This document shows, piece after piece, positions 36,001 to 46,800 of a stretch of DNA of 64,000 bases. The DNA comes from Amoebophrya sp. A120 (lineage: Eukaryota; Protista; Dinoflagellata): the NCBI GenBank assembly GCA_905178155.1, contig CAJINV010000012.1, positions 1,244,492-1,308,491 of the forward strand, written 5' to 3'. The notes under the pieces are model-generated. The model was not told the origin of the DNA. It saw only the letters and a list, made by a program, of their open reading frames with translations, and did not search any database. Position 1 is the first letter of the stretch; every line of letters begins with the position of its first letter. A program made the position numbers and the translations under genes.

Positions 36001-39000
36001 GCGTTGCTTCACTATGCAAAAAGCCCCACACTTGTCACGCAAGGACAGCGGAGCAAAGTGCTGAAACCCACCAAGCAGATGCTTGCGCTTTCGTCTCTTA
36101 GCTTTGATCTATGCTGCTCTTTCCGCTTATATTTCATGCAGTTTGCACTTTCTATTTTTCATTTGCGCTTCTGTGTTTGCGGCCTCTACTTCCGCTGGGG
36201 GTGCTCGAGTCTCAGGAGCTGGCTCCACCGATAAACCACTGGCATTGAAACGATAAGCCGCTTAATAAAGCGAGAAGCCGCCGAAAGTGGGGACCCGCTT
36301 AAAGCGGGGAGCCGCTGAAAGCGGAGGAACCGCTGGGGGCGGAGAACCGCTGAAAGCCGGTAACCGGTGACAGCGGGCTACCGCTGAAAACGCGCATCCG
36401 CTGGAAGCGGGCCACCGCTGAAAGCGGGGAACCCGAGCGGGCAACCGCTGAAAGCCGCGAAGGCATGGCTTCCCATTTTTCGCGCCTCCCCGCTTCCAGC
36501 GGTTGTCCGCCCGCTGCCAGGGGTCTATCGGTGGAGTCTGCTGAGACTCGACCACCCCCGACGGCAGCAGCGTGCTGGCGTCTGTCTCCCCCTGGTTGTT
36601 CCTATGGGGCCCCGCATTTGGACAGAGACAGGAGCGGGCGGTCTCCGCCAATAACCTAGGGCGCGCGAGTGCCACCATCGTGGTATCCTGGATAAAAACG
36701 GAGGCTGTGACTCCGCCCCGAAGCTGCGAGGCCCAGAAAAAACGCAGTGGCGGTAAAGGCGTGCCTGATATTACTTACGTAGCAGTAGCGCTGAAGCAAA
36801 GCGCAGTCGCTCCGTTTGCATTGGATAGAGCTGCCGGAAGTACATCAAACCCAGAAGCACAAAGTAGAAAAAATGGAAAGCACAAACCGCGTGAAATAAT
36901 AATAGGAGCGGAAATTATGGCCGCTGCACAGATAAAGAATAGAAAGCGCACGCGTCTGCTTTTGGGGTTTCGGCGCTTTCCGCTGCCTTTGCATGGCAAA
37001 GCTGGGGCTTTTTGCGTTTGCCTAATAAAACAACGCGGCCCGTGGGCGGACAGGGGAGAAGAGTGGGTCGACCGGTTGAGGACGGGGGAAGAGGACCGGG
37101 CCGGCCAGCCGGATTCCGCCGGTGATGTGGTTGAGTTGTCATCCGGCCGCCGGCCGGATGAGAACTCAACCGCGAAGTTCCAGATTTAGTTTGTTACCTC
37201 ACTCTAGCAGATTTTCCATCTTGACTCTGGGGTGGGGAAGTTTTTTGCTCACCATACGTGGTCAAGCTTCACGATGACCGCCTCTTCCGCAATGTTTTCC
37301 GAATCGAACGGCTGCACGCGCAGGACCAGCGACCCCGAAAACCCGCCGCACAGCTTGCTCGCCTCGAACTTCCGCCCAAACATCTGCAGCAGGAGCGTCT
37401 CGTACGCCTGGCGGTACTTGTGCTCCCCAAAAATGGTCTCCATGAGCTTGTGCAACTGAACCGAGGTGGAAGATCCCTGCCGGTCCACGCCCGTGCCGGA
37501 CCCGCCCAGCGTTCCCCCCGCGCCGAAGGCCGAATGCAGGCCATGATGCGCAGCAGTACCGGCACTGTTCCGCGTGCAGAGCGACATCACACAACTGGAC
37601 TTATACCAGGAGTAAAACGAAGTCATGTTCGTTCGCTTGTCCGTGGTGGTGAAGTATCAATTGCAAATATGTCTGGGTCTGGAAGAGTGCAGATTTTTGT
37701 CATGCTATTTTTGCATGACACAGCAGGTCTGTCATGGAAGCCCTAGCATCACATTTTTGAGAACGTTCCGCAATGCTCATTCCGCATGACAAATCCTTCT
37801 TTTTGGTGACAGGAAGTGGGCACCTTTTGCTGCCTATGCATGAGAGAATTGCGCGTGTAGTGGAGTTCGCATTACAAGTTTGGAGGACCCTTCCCGGCCC
37901 AGACATATTTGCATTTGGTATGAAGGATTCGGGCTGCGGAACCAGGTGGAGTTTGCGCAAAAACCACTCTCGTCGTTTTTGTCTACTGATTTGATGATGT
38001 AGTTCCTTGTGCTTGCTGATGTTGCATGTAGCAGGAACGAGTTGCTGCTGGTTCATCTTCGTGCCTCCTTCCTCAGATACTGGCTCCGCAACACGTTGCT
38101 GCTCAATGAGGCGTGCCTGTTCGACGCCGCGGTCCACCGCCGGAAGATCTTCATCATGTTCATGTTTCGGGCCGTAGTCGACGACTTGGTAACACACCTC
38201 GTGCTTTTGGATCACGGTGGGCAGAAAAATCCTCGACGTTGCTTTTGTTGCAGCCCCATCGGATTTTGTGGTAGATAATGTCGATGTAGTGCCGCTTTTG
38301 GTGTAGAAATGTTGATGGCCGCTTTGCATCCCGGTGTAGGAAAAAGAACTGGGTGGCCAGTAACAAACACCTTCGGCCGAGCCCCCATCGATAGTAGGCC
38401 CCGCTGCACCTCCAGCCGGTCGACCACTCGACGTAGTTGTCACCGCAAACGCGTAGTTGGTGCGCGAGGGTTGATGTGCAGCAGTGCCAGAAGAAAAGAC
38501 TCCTGCCGGCGGTCGTCCGGTCGTGGTGCTGCTGATATTAGAAGAAGTCCCGGCGTTGCTGGACAGCGGCTGCAGAAAGCTGCCAGTCCCTTTCGGCGCA
38601 ATCGCCTCCCGCACGACGTCTGCGTCCGTCTCGGGCAGGTCAAATTCTTCGAGGAAAAACCGGACCACCGCGTCCTCGCACGTTTCATCCGTTTTTTTCC
38701 GGATTTCAAATGCAAAAATGTCTAGGTCTGGAAGATTGCCAGGTTTGTCATGCATTTTTTGCATGACGCCTGATGCCTGTAATGCATGAAAGAGCATCGC
38801 AGATTTTTAGAGGGCTTCCTGATGCCTTCTATTCCGCATGAGAAACGCGCTCTCCGCGAAGCACAAACTGGGCTCCTCTTGCTGGTCATGCAATACAAAA
38901 TTTTTTTTGAATCCCAAAACAGCATGACAAGTTGCGACCTTCCAGACCCAGACACTTTTGCAATCCATACCGGATTTCCGGCAGCAGCTGGCTTTGATTG

Positions 39001-40481
39001 GTAAAAAACAGCCGCCCGTTGCTCGCCTGCTGGTGGGAGCGCACGAGATATCCTGATCAAAAACGTCTACACGCCAGAGTTGTCATGCAAATCTACATGC
39101 CAAAAAAGTTTCTCATGCGGAACCCTATGAGCAGCATGCTCCCGTCGCGTTTTGGGGTTTGTGATGCTAGAATCAGCATGATGTGCTAGATCTGTGATGC
39201 TTCTGAGCTAGCTTCTAAAGAGGACTACACTACGAGGACAAACTTGTCATGCCAAACAGCCAAATGTGGTTGATTTGTCTAGCAGATGTCCCATCTTGAC
39301 TCTGGTGTGGGGACGTTTTTCCTCAAGATACAAGAGTCTGGTTGTTCGCGGTTTCCAGCCGAATAGCGACCACTTCAATCACCCGCTGCAGATTTGAGGT
39401 CGTGGAGCACGGAGGTAACGCACCATCGTCTGCCGAATCTGGCGCGGCCGGGTAGAAGTTCGGTGTAAAACTATCCTCCCCCTGCTGGAATTTTCTCGCT
39501 GCCGTCGTCCCCGCCGGCCTTTTCATCTCCTGTCGCAAGAGTTTATTCTCCTGCTGTGAAACAACAAGTTGTTGTTCCACCGCCGCTTTACTCTTCGCCG
39601 TCGCATCGAGGTTCCTCTGTAAGGAGCAGTATTTCGCTTGCAACTCGTCCCAGAGCGAAGAGACCGCGTCGGTTCCTGGGGGAAAAGCGGTGGAGGGTAT
39701 TGTGAAGAAAATTTCCCCACCCCAGAGCTGTCATGCAAAATGGCATGCCTAAAAATATTTCTCATGCGCGGCCCCATGAGAGCCATTTTCTGGCGCTATC
39801 TGGAAGTTTGTGATGCTACAATCAGGATAAGGTAGTCAATTTCTGATGCGTCTACACTGCCTCAAACGGCACTACACTACGAATCCAGATTCGCCATGCA
39901 AAACAGCCACAAGTTCTGGATTTGTGTTGCAAGATCCCCATCTTGCCTCTGGAGTGGCGGTGGGGACGTTTTTACATACGATAGAGGGTGCGGTGCCCCC
40001 CTTGCGGAGGTTGCCTGGTGTCGTGTGGGTGCATTGAAATGGAAATTCGCGATGGAGGGTGCTGGCGTAGCAAGTGCAGCTCTCGGTGCGGTGTAAGTAG
40101 ATCGACAAATAATCCTTCTTTTTCTCGAGAACGAGAAAGAAGAGGAACTCCAACTCGAATCGATGCAATAAAAACAAGAAAGTTAAAACCCTGCATGGAA
40201 AAGAGCATTGATTCTCGTTCTTCATGATGCAGAACGAGAGAGCCATCATTTTTTTCTTGTTTGATAAACAGCTTACTTTTATTCTCGTGCGCGTGGTCCT
40301 CTCCACCACCAATCGATTCTGAGTCGTCCACGCGCAGAACATTTTCCGCGATCAGGAGCTGCCTCAGATCCTCCTCGCTGTCAACCCGCAACGCAAACAG
40401 TGACTTGAGTTCCCGGAGCTCCTTCCGCAGTTGCTCGTTTTGCGCCTGCAGCCGCCGGTCTTCTTGCGCGGTCATGGTCAT
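61..40481 (-). CDS. Giant multi-exon gene (~9,000 aa, 3' end runs off the window): APH-like kinase - NACHT - ankyrin - 3x DUF6829-like - HAD-like
   Basis: I joined 40 consecutive introner junctions from ~40030 down to 61 (element + one 5-bp TSD removed), and each stays in frame (e.g. VIVKLDH|ASSIREE, SQ|ELIPLLIP, FGEETL|GLAHPE, KLLQYC|LLKGNIK). The link to the first exon (~40270-40481) is unresolved. Confidence 0.85.
516..770. mobile_element. Introner family K
   Basis: Long imperfect TIR; TSD CAGTA. Confidence 0.85.
1045..1254. mobile_element. Introner family D
   Basis: TIR GTGTTACAGTTACA; TSD ACCAG/ACCAC. Confidence 0.85.
1318..1643. mobile_element. Introner family C
   Basis: TIR GAAAAATCCC..CCATA; TSD TGCAG. 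Confidence 0.9.
2500..2778. mobile_element. Introner family B
   Basis: TIR AAAACGTCCCCAC-like; TSD GCGGC/CCGGC. Confidence 0.9.
2833..3098. mobile_element. Introner family A
   Basis: TIR TGCAAAAATGTCTGGGTC; TSD AAAGT. Confidence 0.9.
3231..3362. mobile_element. Introner family E
   Basis: TIR TGCAAAAG(C/T)ATCGTACTCGTA; TSD TGGAC. Confidence 0.9.
4232..4441. mobile_element. Introner family D
   Basis: TIR; TSD GATAG. Confidence 0.9.
4607..4889. mobile_element. Introner family A (diverged)
   Basis: TIR; TSD decayed (CTTTT/CCGCT), but removing element + 5 nt is in frame. Confidence 0.8.
5320..5581. mobile_element. Introner family A
   Basis: TIR; TSD GGAAC. Confidence 0.9.
6008..6262. mobile_element. 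Introner family A
   Basis: TIR; TSD CAGGA. Confidence 0.9.
8250..8511. mobile_element. Introner family A
   Basis: TIR; TSD CCCGA. Confidence 0.9.
8570..8848. mobile_element. Introner family B
   Basis: TIR; TSD ATCGC/CTCGC. Confidence 0.9.
9406..9688. mobile_element. Introner family B
   Basis: TIR; TSD TCGGC/TCGGT. Confidence 0.9.
14046..14262. mobile_element. Introner family L
   Basis: TIR TATGA..TGCA..CTCATTT; TSD CAGGG. Confidence 0.9.
14716..15024. mobile_element. Introner family F
   Basis: TIR AATG(A/G)AAAATGCCCCCA; TSD TCACT/TCACC. Confidence 0.85.
15088..15366. mobile_element. Introner family B
   Basis: TIR; TSD TGATG. Confidence 0.9.
16455..16625 (-). other. Two ankyrin repeats
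   Basis: TALHSAARLNAAEICQILLDCNADSFVQDANGWLPMHYACLQGNSSVVHLLL. Confidence 0.9.
21953..22234. mobile_element. Introner family B
   Basis: TIR; TSD CCGGA/CCAGA. Confidence 0.9.
22517..22725. mobile_element. Introner family H
   Basis: TIR AAAAAACTGTTTCACTGTGA; TSD CCTGA. Confidence 0.9.
23306..23516. mobile_element. Introner family I
   Basis: TIR CTG(T/C)GTAAGTGTA; TSD GTCGT. Confidence 0.85.
24959..25218. mobile_element. Introner family A
   Basis: TIR; TSD TGCTC. Confidence 0.9.
25779..25932. mobile_element. Introner family E
   Basis: TIR; TSD ACCCC. Confidence 0.9.
26496..26816. mobile_element. Introner family C
   Basis: TIR; TSD TGCTG. Confidence 0.9.
27789..28044. mobile_element. Introner family A
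   Basis: TIR; TSD GATTA. Confidence 0.9.
28108..28375. mobile_element. Introner family A
   Basis: TIR; TSD GTGGC/GTGGT. Confidence 0.9.
28437..28680. mobile_element. Introner family A
   Basis: TIR; TSD AAAGT/ACAGT. Confidence 0.9.
28924..29098. mobile_element. Introner family G
   Basis: TIR ATCCCACAGAAAAAAGCTGGCAGG; TSD GCACA. Confidence 0.9.
29148..29357. mobile_element. Introner family D
   Basis: TIR; TSD GCCGG. Confidence 0.9.
30077..30338. mobile_element. Introner family A
   Basis: TIR; TSD GCTTC. Confidence 0.9.
30376..30521. mobile_element. Introner family E
   Basis: TIR; TSD AACAA/AACAG. Confidence 0.9.
30648..30978. mobile_element. Introner family C
   Basis: TIR; TSD GGAAC. Confidence 0.9.
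32200..32463. mobile_element. Introner family A
   Basis: TIR; TSD GTCCC. Confidence 0.9.
32840..33082. mobile_element. Introner family L
   Basis: TIR; TSD CCCGC. Confidence 0.85.
33174..33492. mobile_element. Introner family C
   Basis: TIR; TSD ACCAT. Confidence 0.9.
33598..33913. mobile_element. Introner family C
   Basis: TIR; TSD ACAGG. Confidence 0.9.
33979..35312. mobile_element. Introner family M carrying a retroposed insert
   Basis: TIR TGTTACATTCTCA(G/A)CTG; TSD CCCCT/CCCCC; junction ELAG|ACWQ in frame. Confidence 0.85.
34187..35256 (-). mobile_element. ~1.07-kb poly(A)-tailed retroposed insert (SINE-like or LINE 3' fragment), nested in an introner
   Basis: T-run at 34185-34199; 11-bp TSD CATTACAAATT at 34176 and 35257. 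Removing it returns the host to ~253 bp. Confidence 0.8.
35825..37204. mobile_element. 1380-bp non-autonomous TIR element (MITE) with 3-bp TSD TAG, nested in a family B introner
   Basis: Near-perfect TIR GAGTGAGGTAACAAACTAAATCTGGAAC..., imperfect out to ~200 bp. TAG at 35822 and 37205; uninterrupted B copies have a single TAG at this site. Confidence 0.92.
36295..36460. repeat. Tandem array of ~17-18 bp palindromic units CCGCTGAAAGCGG
   Basis: About 9 degenerate copies inside the MITE. Confidence 0.85.
37655..37920. mobile_element. Introner family A
   Basis: TIR; TSD TGAAG. Confidence 0.9.
38704..38969. mobile_element. Introner family A
   Basis: TIR; TSD CCGGA. Confidence 0.9.
39049..39330. 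mobile_element. Introner family B
   Basis: TIR; TSD CGAGA/CAAGA. Confidence 0.9.
39698..39983. mobile_element. Introner family B
   Basis: TIR; TSD GAGGG. Confidence 0.9.
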
Positions 40482-43400
40482 AGTCCAAGCCACAGCTCCA
40501 CCGCTGCACGCCGGACTGCGGCCCGAGACGAAACGAGAACGCAGAGCACGCTTCTACGGCTAGGGCGTCATGCTTTGGTCGAGTTACTCGAACAGTTACA
40601 GTGTCCGTATTTTCATAGGTATTTGTTCATTACCTCTCGAAGCTGCCACCCTCCTCGACTCGTTCTTAGATTCCCTCACAGAAAAAAAAAACTGAAAAAA
40701 CGGGGGGCAGAACTCGTCCGCAATGTTAGCTCTCAGGTCCCTCCCTCGTCATTGTTTAAAAAAAAACCGAAAAGCCGCCAGCCAGTTTGGAAAAAGGAGA
40801 AGGAAACGAAAAAAGAACAATTTGAATACGTGTCTCAGGACCTGCAGGCCGCAAAATGAGTCTGCAGACCACTCGTGCGCAACTTCATCGCCGTTGTAGA
40901 TCAGAGACAACCTTCGGTACATAATTGAGAAGTTTCACGCATCATACAATCGAGGGTTCTTACAGGAGCGCCGAGAAACTTGTACATTAGAAACAAGAGT
41001 TGTTTATTTTGTACATGAGAAACAGGAGTTCATTTTGGTAATGGTAAGTTGTGTACAGTACATCTTAATTCGTTAATTTTTGGGTAAAAGTACAATCAAG
41101 AAGATTAGTAAAGTACTTTTCAACAATCGTTATCGACGAATTTTTTGCCTCATCGACGAACAGGACAATTTGCCTTCAGTCGCTTTTCGCCCTAGTAATT
41201 TATCAACTGTCATACGGGTGCACTTCTTCGAATTGGGTGTTCTTGCTCTGCTGAAACAAAAGTAAAAGTTACGTTGCGATATATAAAATCAAAATGTTAT
41301 CAAGTGGATACAACATTAATTCAATAATATTTCTAGGTTCCCACCGGGCGGGGGACAGCTTGGAAATCCACTTCATTTCTACTTTCATCCTTATTCGGCC
41401 ATTCAACCATCGGGTTTACCCAGCAAACAGCGCAGGCACGGAATCTGTGAAGTTGTATTTTTGAAGATGACAGTCAGGAAGCGCGACACTCGAATCCAGT
41501 CACTTACACGACACATCACGTATGCATTTGCTCTTGGTTTTGCATGCAAACGAAAAGAGCTATTTAATACGCAATAAATACTATCTTAATCTTTTTCTAC
41601 CTTCGTTGCATGGTCCACCACAAAGCCGTTGCAGGTTCAAACACGACCCCTTGCAAATGTGACAAGGAAGCGAGGGATGAAGTCGTCCGATGTCGAAAAA
41701 CCCGTTGTTTTTCAAGCGCAGTTCTTTTACCTCCTATGGTCCAGGCGTTTTATCTGGCGCTAAGTTTTCGGAGACTGTCGGTGCGAACCACCGGAAACGA
41801 AGGTGGTGCGCGGCCTGTTTATTTTTTCTTGGGTTTCATGTTGGTCAACCTTCAATCAATAGCACCATGATGTTGGGACGTCCGGGCTTCTCACCCAGAG
41901 CAGTAGGTCATGCACGACAACAAGCGAAGAGAAGCTAATCGGAGCTCCTGTTTTTTGTATTGGTCGTGTAAGTATAGTACTTGAGTACGTATCCCAACCG
42001 AAAGAAAAAAATCCCTTCAATACCTAATCACCATCGATTCGTAGAAGATTTTCTCAAAATTCTTCAACCGTGACCAGAATCTCGTACTCTTTATCTGCGG
42101 AAGCCAGGAGCACCAGAACAAGCTGCTGGTGACAATAACGACTCCGGTGCGAAGACGTAATTGGCAACTTCCATGGTGCTTGCCGGTGAGAGATGCTCCC
42201 GAAACTACCCCTTTCATCTTCGTTCCGATGTCGAGAGCGCGAGGGTGTGTGGCTTCTACAAGTACTGCTGCACGACCGGGTACGAAATCGATACAGTGGA
42301 CTCAGGTACCGGCGGAGCAAAGACGGAGCATCGACGCCCTGTTTTTGGAAAGAAAATGAGATGAATCACAATTATCCTCTAGTCTCTTCATCTTTTCACC
42401 GAAGTGCATTTTGACGCAAAAAGATCAACGGCCGCAAAAAAACAACAAACATAAACAAACCTGTATTCAGGTTCTATCCATCGATACACGACCATATCTC
42501 CATCGCCTCGACTTTGTCGCACGAGCAAACAAGAATCGTCAGGCTCGACCGCAATTGCTTCAGATTGAAAAATTGCCCGCGTTGAAACAGCTTCCGAAAC
42601 AGCGCTTGAAACTTGTCGGGAGTTGGAGTCCGTGTGGTAGTAGTACTCGAAGTGAAATGTGGAGGATGTCGTAGGCCGGACTCTGTGGAACAAAGATGTA
42701 GTGCGTCATCACCGTGCGCGAGTTTATTTTGATACAGTCATGAATTGGTAAGCTCTCGTAATTCCAATCGGTCATTTCCGGTGGGTACTAAAAGTGAAGG
42801 ATCGAGACCGGAGAAACGGTCCTGTTGTGTGTAGTTTCTCTTTTCATTGTTTCGATTGGAGTAGTTTGTCTTTTTGATGTTTCAATCCCAATCGGAGACC
42901 ACTTTCTTGTCATGAAAAAAGATCCCATCTCAAGTGAAGAATGAATATCAAGCTGTAGAATGACGCTAAGTAACATTTTGCAAACTCTGAAAAAATTCAT
43001 ACCTTCTCCTAGTTCAACTTCTTGAAGTTCGTCAATTATGTTTCAGTCGAAACAGCGATCTTCCCCTGAAGGTGTTGTCGCCTTCAACGGCTTCCGTTGT
43101 AATCACCATAAAAATTCTCGTAACGTAGTTGTAAACCCTGCTTCTTCGAAATGCTTTGTTCTCTCCGTCAAAAATTATCTATCTGGCTGCAAGAACCGGA
43201 TAGTGCGTAGTTGTAGTTGTAAGTACCGCAGAAGTGTGTCGGGTAATAGAGCAGGTGGTTTGTCCGTCGTTTTTCAAAACTTCTCGTGCAAATCCTTCAT
43301 CATCTTGTAGTGGTGCAATAAGTTGTCGACACTGTTGGTGGCGCCTGCTCTGACTGGTGCTATAAACAGTGGTCGTAAGTAAATTCATCAGTTTTTATCG

Positions 43401-43568
43401 GGGAGGGGACAGTTTGTCGTTGTTCGTTGTGGATGGTAAATCGATGTGCTCCTCCTCGGTTGTGAAGACTGTTTGCTGCTGCTCGTGCCCAACAAAAAGC
43501 CTTTCCTTTTCTACAGCAGCTCCAACTCTAAGTACTTCAGTTTTTCAAAAACTCGTTTCTTCCTTACA

Positions 43569-43830
43569 TATCAAATGCAAATATGTCTGGGTCTGGAAGA
43601 GTGCCAGCCTTGTCATGCAGGTTTTTCCTGACCCATGAGGTCTGGCATGGAGGACATAGCATGACAGATTCTGTGAGAGTTCTATGATGCCTATTCTGCA
43701 TGAGAAACTGCATCTCGATTAGGTCACAAGTGGGCAGCTTTTGGTAACCACGCAACGCAGATTTTTACATGATTCAGATTTAGCATGACAAGTTCCAACC
43801 TTCCAGACCCAGACATATTTGCAATGCATA
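43569..43830. mobile_element. Introner family A, apparently in a 3' UTR
   Basis: TIR; TSD TTACA; closely similar to 8250..8511. Confidence 0.9.
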
Positions 43831-43849
43831 TTACACCCCCGTCAACCAT

Positions 43850-46800
43850 TCACGGCGAGACCGCTGTCCCCGAAACGTTGCTGCTGCTGCCGCGCCCGGA
43901 CGAACCAAAGGAGGTGGACCTGCAAAGGAAAAAGAAAAAAAGTTGAAAAATCAACTATAAATCAAGACCCTAGAGTAAATATGAAAACTCTGCTCTTGAT
44001 CAGTCCAAATCCGTATCATCTCTCCGCGTTTCGTATGAAGTACAAAAAGCATCAGCACAAATAAAAATACCCGATCCGCTTCTCCTCAATCTCTTCTTCC
44101 CCTTCTTCCCCAAACACGCCAATCCTCCGGCGGAAATCCTCGTCGTCCTCTTCGCACGGTGAAGTATGCAAGTGAAGCACGCGGACCGCTTTCCTGTAGC
44201 AGAGCCAGCTCGGGCTTGCGGTCCCATGCATATTATGCATGTATATCCATATTATGCATGGGACCACAACGATGCATATTGATGTCGTCCTTAAAAATAT
44301 CAAAGGCGTAGTCCTCAGGAATGAAAAGTAAGCCCTTCTTATTCCCAGCAAGCACGACGCTTTCTCATGCTTTCGAGAGCGCTAAGTTTGTGCTTCGCTT
44401 CCATAATGTCCCACCACGTCTCGGAGCTCTGTTTCGTCTTCCGAACCTGATTCCTGCTCCGAATCGTCCGACTCCGACGCTGAATCCTTATCAATTGCAA
44501 ACACGTCTGGCTCTAGAAGAATGGACGCGTTTGTCATGCATCTCGTGGACCATACAGATGGTCTGGAATGTTGCACACAAAAGCACCACTACAGATAATT
44601 GTTGCAAAAAAATTGAAATTTTTGCACGATCAAGACACACCATGACGAGTTCGAGTTGCCATGTTCCAGAGCCAGACATTATATTTGCAATGGATAATCC
44701 TCCTCGAAGTCCAAGACTGTGTCGTGGCGGTACGCTTGACCGTCGTCTTCTATCGCGACCTCGCGGTCACCTGAATCTTCGCACAGCACGGAAGAAGATG
44801 TTGCGGCGCCATTTGCGGCGGAAACCGTCGAACCGTAAGTCGGCCAGCTGTTAACGCCGTTCGAACTATTCCCCAGTAGACTGCTACCGTTCAACACGCT
44901 CTCGTTCTGTGTCCCCAGTAAACTGCTTTCCTGCTGGTGCTCGATCAACCGGCTCCCGTTGACCGACGTGCTCCCCCCGTCCCCCGAGCTTGAGCACTAT
45001 CGTGAGGAAAAATCGCCCCCCCCATACTCAAAAGGCAAGCCAGTAATGCTGTTGATTTGTGTACACACATTCAGCATGAGCAGTCTTCCTTTGAATATGG
45101 GGAGGAGGGATTTTGCATTTTGATAATGTGTCACGGTTTCGCCCTTGCTGTTTTGCGTCGGTATCGTTCTTGGAGCGCGTCTTCCGTTTGACCCTCTTCT
45201 TGTTTGGTCTGCAATATCCAAGAGAAAAAAACTAGAATAATGCAGAAATAAATACGGCGAGAAATAAATGCGACCACGATCCTGCATAGCTATACTCCTT
45301 TTATTTAGCATTACAAATATGCTACGCAAGGTTTTTTCTCTGCGATACTTTGCAACAGCAACCCTCGAAGCAGCGACTTTTCCAGCAGTTGTACAAACAG
45401 TTGCGCCCGTAGAAGTAAAAGATGAGCAGCAACATTACGACGCCGAGGCACGCGAGGACGGCTAACAGCCAACCGGGGGCGTGGGAGTGATGCTGGTAAC
45501 TGGAGTTGGAGGACCACATGTGCAGCTTGTATTGGTCGTGAAATTGCTGCTCGATGACCGTGTCGAAGGACATCAGGTTGTTCTGTATGTTGGAGAAGGC
45601 CGCGCCACTACTTTCCGAAATCTCCAGTGCAGAGGACGCTGCCTTCCGACTGTTCCACCAGTCAATTCCGATGACTGCTTGTTCTTTTCCGTCAGGTGTT
45701 TGGAACTTTGACAAATTGACTCCCTTACCTTCCGGCGACAACCAGGGCTCACTATTCTCACTATCACCGCCTCCCTTCGTTTCCCACAGTGTTAACACAC
45801 AGCTGCTCGGATCGTTGGCGAAAGTGCCAAACTGCAATTTCCACGCGGCCGTTTTCTTGCCCTTCTCGTCTACCGTTCTTCTCATTTGCAGCGTGTTCAC
45901 GTGGGGAATTTGTTTGTTTTCTTCTGCTACACCCCATGACAGTAATTGATCAGCTACCGCAGCCCTTTCCCGGTATCCTCGGCCCCCACGGCTTTCTTTC
46001 GTTCTGAATACTTGTTTTGTTAGGAGACGTACGTACTGTTTGATGGTATACCCTAGTTCGTAGAAGAACTTCGCCCGTTCCGCAACATCTGTTTCAGATT
46101 TGTTCCTCTGCTGCAAGAGTTCCAAGTCTATCAGTTTCGCAACCTCCGGCGAAAAAGCCTGCAAATATGTGGTCATGTGCAGGACGTTGAACTCTATCTT
46201 CGAGAAGGACCCCGACTTGTCCGATGGGTTGCTGGGGTCAACGCAGCCTGGTTGAAAACCGTTCTGCTCAGTCGGCGACGAGGGAAGGACGGTGAAACCG
46301 CTTGTCGGGCGTGGGATGGCGGGTGCCTCCTGACTGTCGGGCGGGCTGTCCCCGAACGTCACGCTAGGATATGGCGCGAATCACTTCCCCACGACGCAGG
46401 ATCACTTCCCCACTTCCCCACCTTGAGGAGGTGCATCCCCCCCCCTGTGGGGTAGTACTTCCCAAGTGCTGGGGAAGTGGGGAAGCCCGGCCCCACTTCC
46501 CCACCACCCGCTGTAATCCCCTGCCGCCCGTAGCTCCGCTCCGCGAGCCTACCTATGTACGCGGCCGCAACCTGGCGGCAGGCCTAGGGGGGCAGACATG
46601 GAACACCACACCGTGCGCGCAATGGATGCTGTAAGCACACACGGCACGCAAAGCGCGGTGGGGGCATGACACCACACTGGAGGGCCAAAAGATACTAATG
46701 AGCAGGGTGGGAGAGGAGCTGGGCCGCATAGGCAGGGGGGCGGACTGGGCGAGCAGCATCGCGGGGGAAAGGGGAGCGCCGAGGCACGCCGGCTGGCCTC

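Larger units (their letters stand above)
35585..37256. mobile_element. Introner family B carrying a MITE
   Basis: TIR; TSD CATGG/CGTGG; ~289 bp once the MITE is removed. Confidence 0.88.
28900..37450 (-). other. APH/choline-kinase-like phosphotransferase domain region (resembles TCAD9-type N-lobe)
   Basis: GGFSGSLVLRV..VIVKLD..IREE (37260-37350 and 35550-35580), HGDLNAANILV (~31760-31786), WMIDFA (~31720-31735), DLAKLEVALLFEY. Confidence 0.75.

Noticed and set aside
36295-36460. CRISPR-like array
   Set aside because: Spacers are only ~4-5 nt, repeats are degenerate, there are no cas genes, and it lies inside a MITE.
41000-43500. Possible gene or pseudogene
   Set aside because: Only short ORFs, no recognisable motif, and no consistent frame.
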